Assembly: GCA_963817385.1 (NCBI GenBank)
Contig: CAWFOM010000031.1
Span: 136,452 to 200,451 of the forward strand
Length of the DNA stretch: 64,000 nucleotides
Source: an uncultured delta proteobacterium
GTDB taxonomy: Bacteria; Desulfobacterota; Syntrophia; Syntrophales; UBA5619
Direction of reading: 5' to 3'
How positions within the stretch are numbered: the first letter of the stretch is position 1; each line of letters opens with the position of its first letter. The position numbers and the translations under genes were made by a program. Shown here in pieces: positions 1 to 10,528 of this stretch. The notes beneath the pieces were generated by a model. The model did no database searches. It worked only from the letters and a program-made list of their open reading frames with translations, and was not told the DNA's origin.

Positions 1-395
1 ATCTGATCCCACACCATGGGAGACGTCGCGCGATCGCCGAAATCGTCGCCCCAGTAGAGCATGTAGCCGATGATCGCCACGCCGAGGAGCGCGCCGGCGA
101 CATCCCACCACATGATGCGGTGGCGGAAGCGGGGAAGGATCGGGAACAGCAGAAACGACAGGAGGAGGGTAAACCCGACGTGTACCGGACGAAGGACCTG
201 CGCCGACACGATCGAGTATGCCGCGTACAGGTGAAACAGCGACATGATCACCGCAATGGCGGTCAGGCCCGCTGCCAGCCGGCCCGTAAACTTGCTGGTT
301 GCTCCCTCTTCCTCTTCGATGAATTCCTCGGCCTTTTTCAGGGCCTCTTCGCTGATGACGATTTCGTCGGCTGCCGGTTTTTCATTTTCCGCCAT
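1..395 (-). CDS. TRAP transporter fused 4TM/12TM permease, 5' part (runs off window)
   Basis: Manual translation from ATG at 395: MAENEKPAADEIVISEEALKKAEEFIEEEEG...IAVIMSLFHLYAAYSIVSAQVLRPVHVGFTLLLSFLLFP; lies directly downstream of a TAXI binding protein. Confidence 0.85.
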   Translation of the reverse strand, partial: MAENEKPAADEIVISEEALKKAEEFIEEEEGATSKFTGRLAAGLTAIAVIMSLFHLYAAYSIVSAQVLRPVHVGFTLLLSFLLFPILPRFRHRIMWWDVAGALLGVAIIGYMLYWGDDFGDRATSPMVWDQ

Positions 396-527
396 ATCGC
401 TTCCCTCGCGCGGACCCGAGGCGGGTCCGCCATACAGTCCCACCCGTCCCCGGTCCTCTCCATTTGGTCGGAGGGCCGGGGCGGTGGCGTCAACAGTCCG
501 TGGTTCGGGTGCTTCTGCCGCCCGTCC

Positions 528-1493
528 CTATTTGACCTTGACCCCCTTCTCCGCGAAATACTTGATCGCGCCTGGGTGGTACGGGATTGGCGAGTGGCTG
601 TTGGTCTGGTACTTGTAGTCGAAATTCAGCGATTCTTTGTGGACGGCGACCATTTCGGTCTTCTTGTCGAAGATCGTCTTCACGATGGCGTATGCGACCT
701 TTTCCGGCATCTTCTCGTGTGCAACGAGGATGTTCCATACGGTAACGACGTTGTTGGGGGTGTCCTGCCCCGGATAGCTCTTCGGCGGAATCACATCCCT
801 GACGTACAGAGGTCCGTATTTCCGATTCATCGCGTCCGCGACTTCCGCATGGTCGATCATCTGGATCTTGACTCCCGGGGTTGCGCCAAGGTCGGTGACG
901 GCGGCCGTCGGGATTCCCCCGACCCAGAAGAAGGCGTCGATCTTCCCGTCCTTGACGGCATTGACCGATTCGGCGACGCCGAGGCGTTCGCGCTTGAGAT
1001 CCTTGTCCTTGTCGAGACCGGCCGCTTCAATCACGCGGAATGCCATGATCTCGGTTGCGCTGCCGGGCGATCCGGTCGACACGCGCTTGCCCTTGAGATC
1101 GGACATTTTCTTGATCTTGGTGCTCTCGATCGTCACCACGTGCATGCGGTTCGGATAGAGCACCATCAGCGTGCGAATCGGGATTTTCCCGTCCTTGAAC
1201 TTATCCTGACCATTGAGCGCGTCGAGTGCGGCGTCTACCATCACAAGTCCGACCTCCGACTTGCCTCCGCCGATCAGTTTCAGGTTGTCGACCGAGCCGC
1301 CGGTCACCTCCGCCGTTGCCTGCATTCCGGGAATGCTCTTGGACAGGATGTTGGCCATGCCGCCTCCCAACGGGTAGTAAACGCCGCCGGTGCCGCCGGT
1401 GCCGATTGAGATATTAATCTTCTCCTGCGCCGGAGCGGTGGCCGCAAACAGCGCAAACACCAGTACCGCTATGCTTCCGATAACGCGCTTCAT
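528..1493 (-). CDS. TAXI family TRAP transporter solute-binding protein
   Basis: Signal peptide MKRVIGSIAVLVFALFAATAPA; IGTGGTGGVYYPLG, TGGSVDN and PYHPGAIKYF motifs; start at 1493 behind GGAGG RBS. Confidence 0.92.
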   Translation of the reverse strand: MKRVIGSIAVLVFALFAATAPAQEKINISIGTGGTGGVYYPLGGGMANILSKSIPGMQATAEVTGGSVDNLKLIGGGKSEVGLVMVDAALDALNGQDKFKDGKIPIRTLMVLYPNRMHVVTIESTKIKKMSDLKGKRVSTGSPGSATEIMAFRVIEAAGLDKDKDLKRERLGVAESVNAVKDGKIDAFFWVGGIPTAAVTDLGATPGVKIQMIDHAEVADAMNRKYGPLYVRDVIPPKSYPGQDTPNNVVTVWNILVAHEKMPEKVAYAIVKTIFDKKTEMVAVHKESLNFDYKYQTNSHSPIPYHPGAIKYFAEKGVKVK

Positions 1494-1690
1494 GTTTCCC
1501 TCCTTGTTGACGTGCATTTGTCCGTCTGGAACCCGCCGCCTGCTATGATACCGTTTCTCCTGATAATACATTGCTGTACGCGGGGTACGATACGGAGAAC
1601 GGCCGTATATGTCAACATTTTTTTCCCACGATTGCGCCGACGGTGAACGGGGCGTTTCCCGAAGGAAAAGCTCACCATGGAATCCGTCCA

Positions 1691-1797
1691 TGAGCGCATT
1701 CCCTGCGGCTTGCCGCGGGGTAAGCGAGCATAAACAAAATGGTTAGTTCCTCTTCAGGATCGAAAACTCCCCGCAGCTTGCTGCGGAGAGCTTCAAT
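1691..1797. repeat. REP-like element with two related GC hairpins
   Basis: CCCTGCGGC-TT-GCCGCGGGG (1701-1720) and CTCCCCGCAGC-TT-GCTGCGGAGAG (1767-1790) in an intergenic region. Confidence 0.6.
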
Positions 1798-1835
1798 CGC
1801 TTTCCACATCGCTCTGCGCATCTGCGGCTGCACGG

Positions 1836-3422
1836 CTAACGGACCTTTTTCTCCGCTTCCGGCCAGTATCGGTCCCGCAGTTTCTTCTTCTCGATCTTCC
1901 CTGAACCGGTCTTGGGCAGTGCAGGAATAAAATCTATTGATTTCGGTGACTTATATCTCGCTATCCGCTCTTTGCAGAAGGCGATCAGTTCCTCCTCCGT
2001 TGCCCCGCACGCCGGTTTCAGGACCACGATCCCCTTGACCGCTTCCCCCCATTTCTCGTCGGGAACCCCGACGACGGCGCACTCCAGGACGGCCGGGTGG
2101 AGGTAGAGGACATTTTCCACCTCGGTGGAGTAGACATTTTCCCCGCCGGTCACGATCATATCCTTCCGCCTATCCACGATCGTCACGTACCTCTCTTCAT
2201 CCATGACCGCCATGTCACCCGTGTAGAGCCAGCCGTTTCTTATCGCCCGCGCCGTCTCCTCCGGCAGTTGCCAGTACCCGGGCGTCACGGTATCGCCCCG
2301 GACGATGATCTCCCCGACCTCCTTTTCATCCCTCCTGATCTCCCGGCCGTCGTCAGCCACCACCTTCAGCTCCACGGCAATGAACTCCCGGCCCGTCTTG
2401 GACTTGAAGCGCAGTTGTTCCTCGGGGGATCTCTGCAGCAGATGCTCCTTCAGGAGGGAAAGGGTCAGGTAGGGGCTGGTCTCGGTCATCCCGTAGGTCT
2501 GTATGTAGTCGCATCCGAACGTCTCCACGATCCGGCGGACCACCTCCGGGGCGATGGGCGCACCGCCGCTCAAGAGCACCCGCAGGGAACGGTAATCGAA
2601 GTCCTTGACCCCGGGATGATTCACCAGCATGTTGAGCATGGTGGGAATCATGTTGGTAAGCGTGACTTTCTCCTTCTCCATGGCGGCCAGGACCGCCGGC
2701 GGATCGAACTCGCCGGCCAGCACGTGCGTGCCGCCGACCCAGGTGACGGCCCAGGTCGCCCAGGCATCCGCCAGGTGGAACAGGGGCGCGGCGTGGAGCC
2801 AGACGTCCCGGTCGGTGAGGTGCAACTCCGCGATTGTTCCCAGGGCGTGGACCGCGACGTTCTTGTGCGTCAGCATCACCCCTTTGGGGCGGCCGGTGGT
2901 GCCGCTGGTATAGTAGATCTGTGCGATGTCTTCCTCCGCGACGTCGGCGTCGGGAATCTGTGCCGGCGGCGTCCCCGCCATGATTTCTTCATAGCGCAGG
3001 TCCCGATCCCCATCCGGCCGTTTGCCTGGTTTATCGCCGGTCCAGACGATCTTTTCCACGGCCGGAAGATCGGCGCGCATCCGGTCGACCGTTTCCCGGA
3101 AACGGGGATCGGCGATCAGAACCCTGGCGCCGGCGTCGTTCATGATCAGGGCGAGCTCACCGGCGGAGAGGCGGTAATTGAGGGGAACAGCCGCCGCTCC
3201 CCTCAGGGCGATGGCGTAATACGCCTCCAAAAAGTAATGACAATTCGGGTGCAGGATGGCGACCCGGTCGCCCTTTTCAATGCCCGCATTCTGCAGGTAC
3301 CGGGAGAAGCGGCTCAGGCGTCCGGTGAATTCCTCATAGGTCCACCGCCTGCCGCCGCAGACGATAGCCTCCTTGCGGGGGAAGAACTGGTGAGCTTTTC
3401 TCAGGGTGTCGGCCAGAAGCAT
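1836..3422 (-). CDS. long-chain-fatty-acid/acyl-CoA ligase (AMP-binding family)
   Basis: YTSGTTGRPKG, YGMTE, GWLYTGD and LPKTGSGK motifs. Confidence 0.92.
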   Translation of the reverse strand: MLLADTLRKAHQFFPRKEAIVCGGRRWTYEEFTGRLSRFSRYLQNAGIEKGDRVAILHPNCHYFLEAYYAIALRGAAAVPLNYRLSAGELALIMNDAGARVLIADPRFRETVDRMRADLPAVEKIVWTGDKPGKRPDGDRDLRYEEIMAGTPPAQIPDADVAEEDIAQIYYTSGTTGRPKGVMLTHKNVAVHALGTIAELHLTDRDVWLHAAPLFHLADAWATWAVTWVGGTHVLAGEFDPPAVLAAMEKEKVTLTNMIPTMLNMLVNHPGVKDFDYRSLRVLLSGGAPIAPEVVRRIVETFGCDYIQTYGMTETSPYLTLSLLKEHLLQRSPEEQLRFKSKTGREFIAVELKVVADDGREIRRDEKEVGEIIVRGDTVTPGYWQLPEETARAIRNGWLYTGDMAVMDEERYVTIVDRRKDMIVTGGENVYSTEVENVLYLHPAVLECAVVGVPDEKWGEAVKGIVVLKPACGATEEELIAFCKERIARYKSPKSIDFIPALPKTGSGKIEKKKLRDRYWPEAEKKVR

Positions 3423-4069
3423 CTCGTTACCTCACAATGGGGGGTGGAAATCCGGTCTCTCCGGGCAGTACGGCGACCGTGCAATCCGCTATCCGCCTAC
3501 GTTACCGCACGGGCGCCCACACCGGGAACTTCTTGGTCGCCACCATACCATAATCGGGGGGGGAGATGCCTGAAAATCTTGCATCGCCCCCCGGCTACCT
3601 CTTGTCAGGCCACGCATACCTTCCTTCCCATCCGGCAATCCCCGATGAAACCCATACATTCCCCGCTGCGGCCTACCTTGCCAACGCACAGCCCGGCGAC
3701 TTGATCCTGGTCAAATCACGCGGGCCCAGAGGCAGCCTATGGGCCGTCGTTTTAATCGGATCCCGAAAGTCCTTCAGCGCGGCCCGGGAAAAAAGATGTT
3801 GACTTTCCCCCGAGACAATGGATATAGGCTGAACCAATCCATTTTTTTCAATCTGTTTTGACCGACGGGCTTCTCATAAAGTCTGTTTTTGTTTCTGTAT
3901 TATTATATTTCTGCACAATCGGTCATCCAGTCAGTGAAAGTTTTTGCGAGCTCCCACCGGAGTGTTACATCGTCCCCGGTGGAGTTTTGGCTTGTGAAAC
4001 CGTTTTCAAGGGCATCGTTCTTTGTTACCCCCGATTAGGACACTCTGACGAATGAAGGAGGGATGAATT

Positions 4070-5257
4070 ATGGGAAAGAAGATTTGGGTGCTGTTGCTTG
4101 TCGCTTTATGGATGCCTGCCCTGAGCCAGGCCGCCTCCGTCGCCGGCGTCACCGATACGGAGGTGACCATCGGGATCACCAACCCCCTCTCCGGCCCGGC
4201 GGCGCTCTGGGGGACAACCGGCGTGGCGGCCAAGGCCTGGGCCGACTACATCAACGACAAGGGCGGGATTCACGGCCGCAAGATCAATGTCATCCTTCGG
4301 GATGACGGTTACAATCCATCCCGCGCCCTTGCCAACCTTACGGAAATGAAGGGCAACGTATTTGCCGTCGCGGCCCTCCTGGGGACGGCGATTGTCAACA
4401 CCACGAAGGATTTTTTCGCCGAAAACAAGGTTCCCCTGATTACGGCCTACGGCGATGTCCGGATCTTTGAAAAGTATCCGAAGGACAAACTGCGCTGGGT
4501 TTTCGTCTCCTACCCGGACTACCTGGACGAGGCGGAATACTTGACCGATTACGCCATTAAAAACCTGGGCGCCAAGAAGATCTCCTTATTCTATCAGAAT
4601 GATGATTATGGGAAAATGGGTGTCGAAGGGGCGAAACTGGCCCTTTCCAAACTGCCCGGCCGCGCCTCCCTGGGCGTAACCATTCCCTACGATGTGACCG
4701 AAAGGGCCCTGGCGACCCACGCCCAGAAATTGAAAGAGGGGGGGGCCGACATCCTATTGCTTTATGCCACCCCCACCCACGGCCCCCTTATTCTCAAAGA
4801 GATGGCCAAGCTGGATTACCGGCCCAAGGTGCTCACTTCGTTCCCCCTCGGGGATCCTATCATGTACAAAATCGCCGGCGCCGATGTCTGGGAGGGGGTC
4901 TACCCCGCCGCCCCGGCTAATTCCGGTCTCCCCGGCGACCCGGCAGCGGATAAAGTGGTCGAGATCCTCAAGAAGTATGACCCCAAGATTGTCGGCAAGG
5001 AGTACCTGGCCCTCTTCGGCGCCGTTTCTATGATGTATGTCGTTGAGGGGCTGAAGAACGCCGGCCGGAACCTCACGCCGGAAACGATGATCAAAGGGAT
5101 GGAGATGATCAAGAACTGGAAGCCCGAGGGGCTCGGGGCGCCCGTCACCTTTGGCCCTGACCGGAGGCACGGGGTGAACGGCTCCCGGCTTACCCACGCG
5201 GAAAATGGAAAACATGTCCCCATAAGCGATTATGTCATCTACAAGCCGCTCTTCTAA
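4070..5257 (+). CDS. LIV-type ABC transporter substrate-binding protein
   Basis: Signal peptide, PLSGPAA, INDKGGIHGRKI, DDGYNP; first gene of an ABC operon. Confidence 0.9.
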   Translation: MGKKIWVLLLVALWMPALSQAASVAGVTDTEVTIGITNPLSGPAALWGTTGVAAKAWADYINDKGGIHGRKINVILRDDGYNPSRALANLTEMKGNVFAVAALLGTAIVNTTKDFFAENKVPLITAYGDVRIFEKYPKDKLRWVFVSYPDYLDEAEYLTDYAIKNLGAKKISLFYQNDDYGKMGVEGAKLALSKLPGRASLGVTIPYDVTERALATHAQKLKEGGADILLLYATPTHGPLILKEMAKLDYRPKVLTSFPLGDPIMYKIAGADVWEGVYPAAPANSGLPGDPAADKVVEILKKYDPKIVGKEYLALFGAVSMMYVVEGLKNAGRNLTPETMIKGMEMIKNWKPEGLGAPVTFGPDRRHGVNGSRLTHAENGKHVPISDYVIYKPLF

Positions 5258-5261
5258 GCTT

Positions 5262-6014
5262 ATGGGCCTGCTGGAAATAAAAAACCTCTCCATCGATTTT
5301 GGCGGAATACGGGCCTTGGCCGGCATCGATCTTGCCGTCCGCGACAACGAGATCCTCTCGATCATCGGCCCGAATGGTTCCGGCAAGACCACCCTGTTCA
5401 ACTGTCTCACGGGAATATACCACCCCGACCAGGGCGACATTGTCTACCGGGGGGAGAGCCTCCTCAGGCTCTCCCCCGACGCCATCGCGATCCGCGGCAT
5501 CGCCCGGACTTTCCAGAATCTCCGTCTCTTCATGAACATGAACGTGCTGGATAACCTCATGCTGGGGCGTCACGTCCACATGAAGAAGAACATCTTTGCC
5601 GCCTTTCTCAGGCTCCGCGGGGAGGAGCTTCGCCACCGGGAACGGGTGGAGGAGATTATCGATTTTCTGGATTTACAGGCTTACCGCAAGTCGCGGGTCG
5701 CCGATTGCCCCTACGGCGTCCAGAAAAGGATTGAACTGGGAAGGGCTCTGGCCCTGGAGCCCAAGCTCCTGCTGTTGGATGAACCCATCTCGGGATTAAC
5801 CTCCGAGGAAAAGGAAGAGGCGGCGTACCGGATCACGGAGATCCGGGGCCGCTTCAAGATCACCATCATCCTGGTGGAACACGACCTGAAGATCGCCTCC
5901 CGTCTGGCCGATTCGATGGCGGCCTTCAACTACGGCCAGAAGATCGCCCAGGGAACGCCGGAGGAGGTCCAGCGCAATCCGGAAGTTATCCGCGCCTACG
6001 TGGGAGAAGAATGA
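5262..6014 (+). CDS. LIV-type ABC ATP-binding protein (LivG-like)
   Basis: GPNGSGKTT Walker A, IARTFQN, LLLDEP, VEHD; ATG at 5262. Confidence 0.92.
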   Translation: MGLLEIKNLSIDFGGIRALAGIDLAVRDNEILSIIGPNGSGKTTLFNCLTGIYHPDQGDIVYRGESLLRLSPDAIAIRGIARTFQNLRLFMNMNVLDNLMLGRHVHMKKNIFAAFLRLRGEELRHRERVEEIIDFLDLQAYRKSRVADCPYGVQKRIELGRALALEPKLLLLDEPISGLTSEEKEEAAYRITEIRGRFKITIILVEHDLKIASRLADSMAAFNYGQKIAQGTPEEVQRNPEVIRAYVGEE

Positions 6015-6787
6015 CATCATTTCTGAAGATCGCCAATATTGAAACACTCTACTTTGATCGCATCTACGCCCTTCATGGACTCTCTCTGGAAATAAAGGAA
6101 GGGGAAATATTCGCCATCCTGGGCCCCAACGGGGCAGGGAAGACCACCCTGCTGAGAACCATTGCCGGACTCCTGAAGGATCAGCCGAAAAAAGGGACGA
6201 TCGAGTTCAACGGTCGCCACATCCAGCGCCTTTCGCCGGAGAAGATCTCTTCTTTGGGTATCGTTTATGTGCCGGAGGATCGGGGCCTTTTCCGGGAACT
6301 GACGGTGAGGGAAAACCTGGAACTGGGCTGCTGGGGCAGAAGCGATCGAGGGATTGAAGCGGACATGAACTATGTCCTGGATCTCTTTCCCATCCTGAAA
6401 GAGAGGCGGAACCAGCAGGCCGAGACCCTCTCGGGGGGCGAGCAGCAGATGCTGGCCATTTCCCGGGCCTTCCTTCGCAAGCCGAAGCTCCTCATGCTGG
6501 ACGAACCTTCCCTGGGGCTCGCCCCGCTGATTGCCCGCAACGTCTGTGACGCCCTGGTCAAGATCAGCAGGCTGGGAACGACGATCCTGCTGGTGGAGCA
6601 AAATGCGAAGCTGGCGCTCCGGATTGCCCATTACGGCTACATCCTGGAGGCCGGGCGGATCGTCTTGAAGGGAACCTCGCAGGAATTGATGGAAAATCCC
6701 GATGTGCAGGAACTTTACCTCGGCCTGGGGGGAGAGACCGCATCTCCCAAAGGCTGGCGACTGTACAAGAAACGAAGGAGCTGGTAA
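6011..6787 (+). CDS. LIV-type ABC ATP-binding protein (LivF-like)
   Basis: GPNGAGKTT, LSGGEQQ, LDEPSLGLAP, VEQNA. Confidence 0.92.
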   Translation: MTSFLKIANIETLYFDRIYALHGLSLEIKEGEIFAILGPNGAGKTTLLRTIAGLLKDQPKKGTIEFNGRHIQRLSPEKISSLGIVYVPEDRGLFRELTVRENLELGCWGRSDRGIEADMNYVLDLFPILKERRNQQAETLSGGEQQMLAISRAFLRKPKLLMLDEPSLGLAPLIARNVCDALVKISRLGTTILLVEQNAKLALRIAHYGYILEAGRIVLKGTSQELMENPDVQELYLGLGGETASPKGWRLYKKRRSW

Positions 6788-8589
6788 TGCGAGCGGTAAA
6801 CTTCCCCACGCTTTTCTTTGAGCAGGCGGAGCGCCACAAGGATCGCGTCGCCTTGCGGCATAAGGATTTCGGCATCTGGCACCGCATCTCCTGGCGGGAA
6901 TATGCCGCTGGGGTTCGCGAGGTGGCGGCAGGCCTGATATCCTTGGGCGTCGGCCACGGCGACCGCGTCGCCATCCTGGGAGAGAACCGTCCTGAATGGC
7001 TGATCTGCGACCTGGCGGTGATGACCATCGGCGGTGTGACCTGCGGCATCTACACTACCTCGGCGCCGGAAGAGGTGGCCTATATCGTGGGCCATTCCGA
7101 GTCGAAGGTCATCTTCATCGAAAACGAGGAGCAGGTCGACAAGATCCTCCAGATCCTGCCGGAAGTAAACCTAAGGAAGGTCATCGTCTGGGACAATAAG
7201 GGTCTGTGGGGATTTTCGCAGGAGAAGATCGCCTTTTATGAGGACTTTCTTAAAGATTCCAGGGAGTACCTGAAGAATAACCCGCGCTGTGTGGAAGAAC
7301 GGCTTGGCTCGGTCCGGTCGGATGACACGGCGATGATCATCTATACCTCCGGCACCACCGGCCGTCCCAAAGGGGCCATGATCTCTCACCGCAATATCAT
7401 CATGCTGACGGAATCCTTTGTGCAGGCAAACCCGTCCTACGAAACGGACGAGGTGGTCTCCTATCTGCCGCTGTCCCATATCTATGAAAACCTGATCTCC
7501 CTTTTCCAGTCCATCTGGTCAGGGGGCAAGGTTAACTTCGTGGAAGGACCGGACACGTTGCCCCAGAACCTCCGGGAGGTTTCCCCCACCATCTTTGCCA
7601 GCGTACCCCGGTTGTGGGAGAAGTTCGCCTCCGCGATTGAAATCCGCATGTCCGACGCCCCTCCGGTCAAGAGGGCTCTCTACCGTCTCAGCATCCGGGT
7701 GGGGGTAACGTATATCAGGACGAAAGAAAAAACCCGAGCGCGCCTCTTGTGGGGGCTCCTTTACTGGCCCTGCTATTTCGCCGTTCTTTACCACCTGAAG
7801 AGGCAGATGGGGTTCGAACGGATCCGCTGGGCCATATGCGGCGCCGCCCCGGCCGCCCCGGAATTGTTCGAGTTTTACAATGCGCTGGGGGTCCCGCTGC
7901 GGGAGGGTTACGGCCAGACCGAATCGACCGGCGTCATCGCAGTACAACGCCTCGATCGCCCCCGCTGGGGATACGTGGGTGAACCGATCCCCAACGTGGA
8001 GGTAAAAATCGCGGAAGACGGGGAAATCCTGGCGCGCGGCCCGGGCGTGTTTCAAGGTTACTTCAAGGAGCCGGAGTTGACCGCGGAGACCATCCGGGAC
8101 GGATGGCTCTACACGGGTGATGTGGGGGCCATGGAAGATGGATTCCTCAAGATCCTGGACCGGAAGAAGGATATCATCATCACCGCCGGAGGAAAGAATA
8201 TTACCCCCGCCTTCATCGAGAACAAACTGAAGTTCAGCCCCTATGTCCAGGATGCCGTGGTGATCGGTGAGCGGAGAAAATACCTGGTGGCCCTGATCCT
8301 GATCGATGAAGACAATGTCACCAAGTATGCCCAGGATCACCGGATACCCTTTACCACGTTTGAGGATTTGACAACCAGGGCAGAGATAAAAAAGCTGATC
8401 GATCAGGAGGTCTTCAAGGTCAACAAAACGTTGGCGCAGGTGGAGACGATCAAGAAGGTGGCCCTCCTTCCCAGGCGTTTTTATGAAGAGGACGGCGACG
8501 TCACCCCGACGAAGAAGGTCAAGCGACGTTTTGTGGAAAAACGTTATGCGGAGCTGATCGAATCCCTTTACAAAGAGCCAACAGATTAA
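6787..8589 (+). CDS. long-chain acyl-CoA synthetase embedded in ABC operon
   Basis: YTSGTTGRPKG, YLPLSHIYE, EGYGQTE, DRKKDIIITAGGKN, TPTKKVKR. Confidence 0.92.
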   Translation: MRAVNFPTLFFEQAERHKDRVALRHKDFGIWHRISWREYAAGVREVAAGLISLGVGHGDRVAILGENRPEWLICDLAVMTIGGVTCGIYTTSAPEEVAYIVGHSESKVIFIENEEQVDKILQILPEVNLRKVIVWDNKGLWGFSQEKIAFYEDFLKDSREYLKNNPRCVEERLGSVRSDDTAMIIYTSGTTGRPKGAMISHRNIIMLTESFVQANPSYETDEVVSYLPLSHIYENLISLFQSIWSGGKVNFVEGPDTLPQNLREVSPTIFASVPRLWEKFASAIEIRMSDAPPVKRALYRLSIRVGVTYIRTKEKTRARLLWGLLYWPCYFAVLYHLKRQMGFERIRWAICGAAPAAPELFEFYNALGVPLREGYGQTESTGVIAVQRLDRPRWGYVGEPIPNVEVKIAEDGEILARGPGVFQGYFKEPELTAETIRDGWLYTGDVGAMEDGFLKILDRKKDIIITAGGKNITPAFIENKLKFSPYVQDAVVIGERRKYLVALILIDEDNVTKYAQDHRIPFTTFEDLTTRAEIKKLIDQEVFKVNKTLAQVETIKKVALLPRRFYEEDGDVTPTKKVKRRFVEKRYAELIESLYKEPTD

Positions 8590-8605
8590 CCGAGGTGTAT
8601 GCTTC

Positions 8606-9587
8606 ATGGATCTTACTGAAAGTTACCGCGAGGAACTGCGCCTGATTCGGAAACCATGGACCGGCACGGGAATCGGCCTGATCGTCCTTGCGCTCCTGGT
8701 CATTCCCTGGTTGAAAATGGACTACCTGGTCTATATGGCGACTGTCGTTTTCATCTATGCCATCGGCGTCCAGGGTCAGAACATCCTCATCGGCTATACG
8801 GGGCAGATCTCCTTCGGGCAGGCGGGTTTCCTCGCCATCGGCGCCTATACCTTCGGCCATGCCTCCGCCTTGGGCATTCCGCTGCCGCTGGGTCTGCTCG
8901 CAGCCGGCATGATGGCCGGCATCTTCGGACTGATCGTGGGATTCCCTTCGCTGCGGCTGAAGGGACCCTATCTGGCGATTGCCACCATGGGCTTCGGCAT
9001 TGCCGTCTATCAGATATTGCTTAATTCCGAGGTTATTTCCGGCGGCCGAATGGGACTTACGGTTAAAAAACTACCCGCCCTTTTCGGCCTGACCCAGCAG
9101 GTGACCTTCTACTACTTTACACTAGCTGCTGGCGCTGATTTTTACGCTGATTTCCTACAACACGATCTCCTCTTATGCTGGACGGGCCTTCATCGCGATT
9201 CGAGACAACGACATCGCCGCCGAGGCCATGGGGGTAAACCTGGCCCGTTACAAACTCCTTTCCTTCGGCATGAGTTCCTTTTACATGGGTCTGCAGGGGG
9301 CGCTTTACGCCCTGCTGATCGGCTTTCTGGAGCCGAATCTCTTCACCTTCATGGAGTCGGTCACCATCTTTGTGGCGGTTATCATCGGAGGGCTGGCCTC
9401 CATCGGGGGCTCCATCATGGGGGCCGCCTTTGTCATCCTGGTGCCGCAGGTGTTCGGGGGGATGAAAGAACTGGTCCCGGTCATCTTCGGGGTCACCATC
9501 CTGGTGATCCTGATCTTTGAACCCCACGGCATTGCCGGCCGCTGGCTGAAGATACGCCTTTATTTCCGCAACTGGCCCTTCCGCTGA
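8606..9587 (+). CDS. LIV-type ABC permease (LivM-like), frameshifted near 9125
   Basis: GYTGQISFGQAGF and LRLKGPYLAIAT in the first frame; GRAFIAIRDNDIAAEAMGV...IIGGLASIGGS continues in the next frame; one extra base near 9125. Confidence 0.85.
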
Positions 9588-9635
9588 CGGGAGAAGAAAC
9601 AGCGCTTTGTCACTTATGAAAAAAGGGAGACAAGA

Positions 9636-10517
9636 ATGCGACAATTCATGCAGTACGTTATTTCCGGGCTGGCCACGGGAAGCATCTATGCCCTGGTGGC
9701 CCTGGGGCTGGCCCTGATCTACCGCTCTACCCGGATACTCAACTTCGCCCATGGGGATATGGCCACGGCGGGCACCTTCGTCGCATTTACTCTCCTGGGG
9801 ATGAATCTGGCGCCGATGATCTCCTTTCCGCTGGCGATCCTTTCCGGTTCTGCCCTGGCCATGCTCTTCTATTTCGCCATCCTGGTGCCGGCCCAAAGGA
9901 GGAATGCCACCCCCCTCGGCCAGATCATCCTCACCGTGGGGCTGGGCCTTATCCTCCAGGGGCTCATATCCTACCTCTGGGGAACCGATACGAAAATCCT
10001 GACCTTTCCGCTGTCGGACTCGAAGCTATGGAGATTCCAGGGGCTGGTGATCAGTGAGTTAGGCCTCGGGACCTTTGTTATAGGATTATTGGGTAGCGGA
10101 CTTCTTTACCTGCTGGTGCAGAAAACCCGCCTGGGCATTGCCATGCGGGCCGCCTCTGAAAACCTCCCGGCAGCCCAGACCTTGGGCATACCGACCCGCA
10201 TGATCCTTTCCCTCTCTTGGGGATTGGCCGCCGGCCTGAGCGTCCTGGCGGGGCTGTTTCTGGCGCCGGCGCTGCTGCTCGACCCTTTTTTCATGCTGGA
10301 GCCGTTCCTGAAAGGCTTCTCCGCGGCGATCCTGGGCGGTTTGCAGAGCCTGCCCGGGGCGATCCTGGGCGGACTCATTCTGGGTATTGCGGAAAGCCTG
10401 GCCGGAGGGTATATCTCGATCGCCTTTAAAAATACCCTGGCTTTTCTGATCATCATCGTGATTCTGCTTGTTCGGCACGAAGGCCTTCTGGGGAAGGAGT
10501 TCAAAGAGCGGGTATAA
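9636..10517 (+). CDS. LIV-type ABC permease (LivH-like)
   Basis: GSIYALVALGLALIY, NFAHGD, KTRLGIAMRA, ILGGLQSLPGA. Confidence 0.92.
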   Translation: MRQFMQYVISGLATGSIYALVALGLALIYRSTRILNFAHGDMATAGTFVAFTLLGMNLAPMISFPLAILSGSALAMLFYFAILVPAQRRNATPLGQIILTVGLGLILQGLISYLWGTDTKILTFPLSDSKLWRFQGLVISELGLGTFVIGLLGSGLLYLLVQKTRLGIAMRAASENLPAAQTLGIPTRMILSLSWGLAAGLSVLAGLFLAPALLLDPFFMLEPFLKGFSAAILGGLQSLPGAILGGLILGIAESLAGGYISIAFKNTLAFLIIIVILLVRHEGLLGKEFKERV

Positions 10518-10528
10518 AGAGTCGAAAC

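Noticed and set aside
3423..3700. Riboswitch in the leader of the acyl-CoA ligase
   Set aside because: No recognisable aptamer consensus on either strand
3859..3925. TGACCGA/TCGGTCA inverted half-sites in the ligase/ABC divergent promoter
   Set aside because: Only 7 bp each, 53 bp apart, with no regulator gene nearby; could be chance
4009..4026. sigma54 promoter upstream of the ABC operon
   Set aside because: GGCATCG is present but there is no GC at the required GG-N10-GC position
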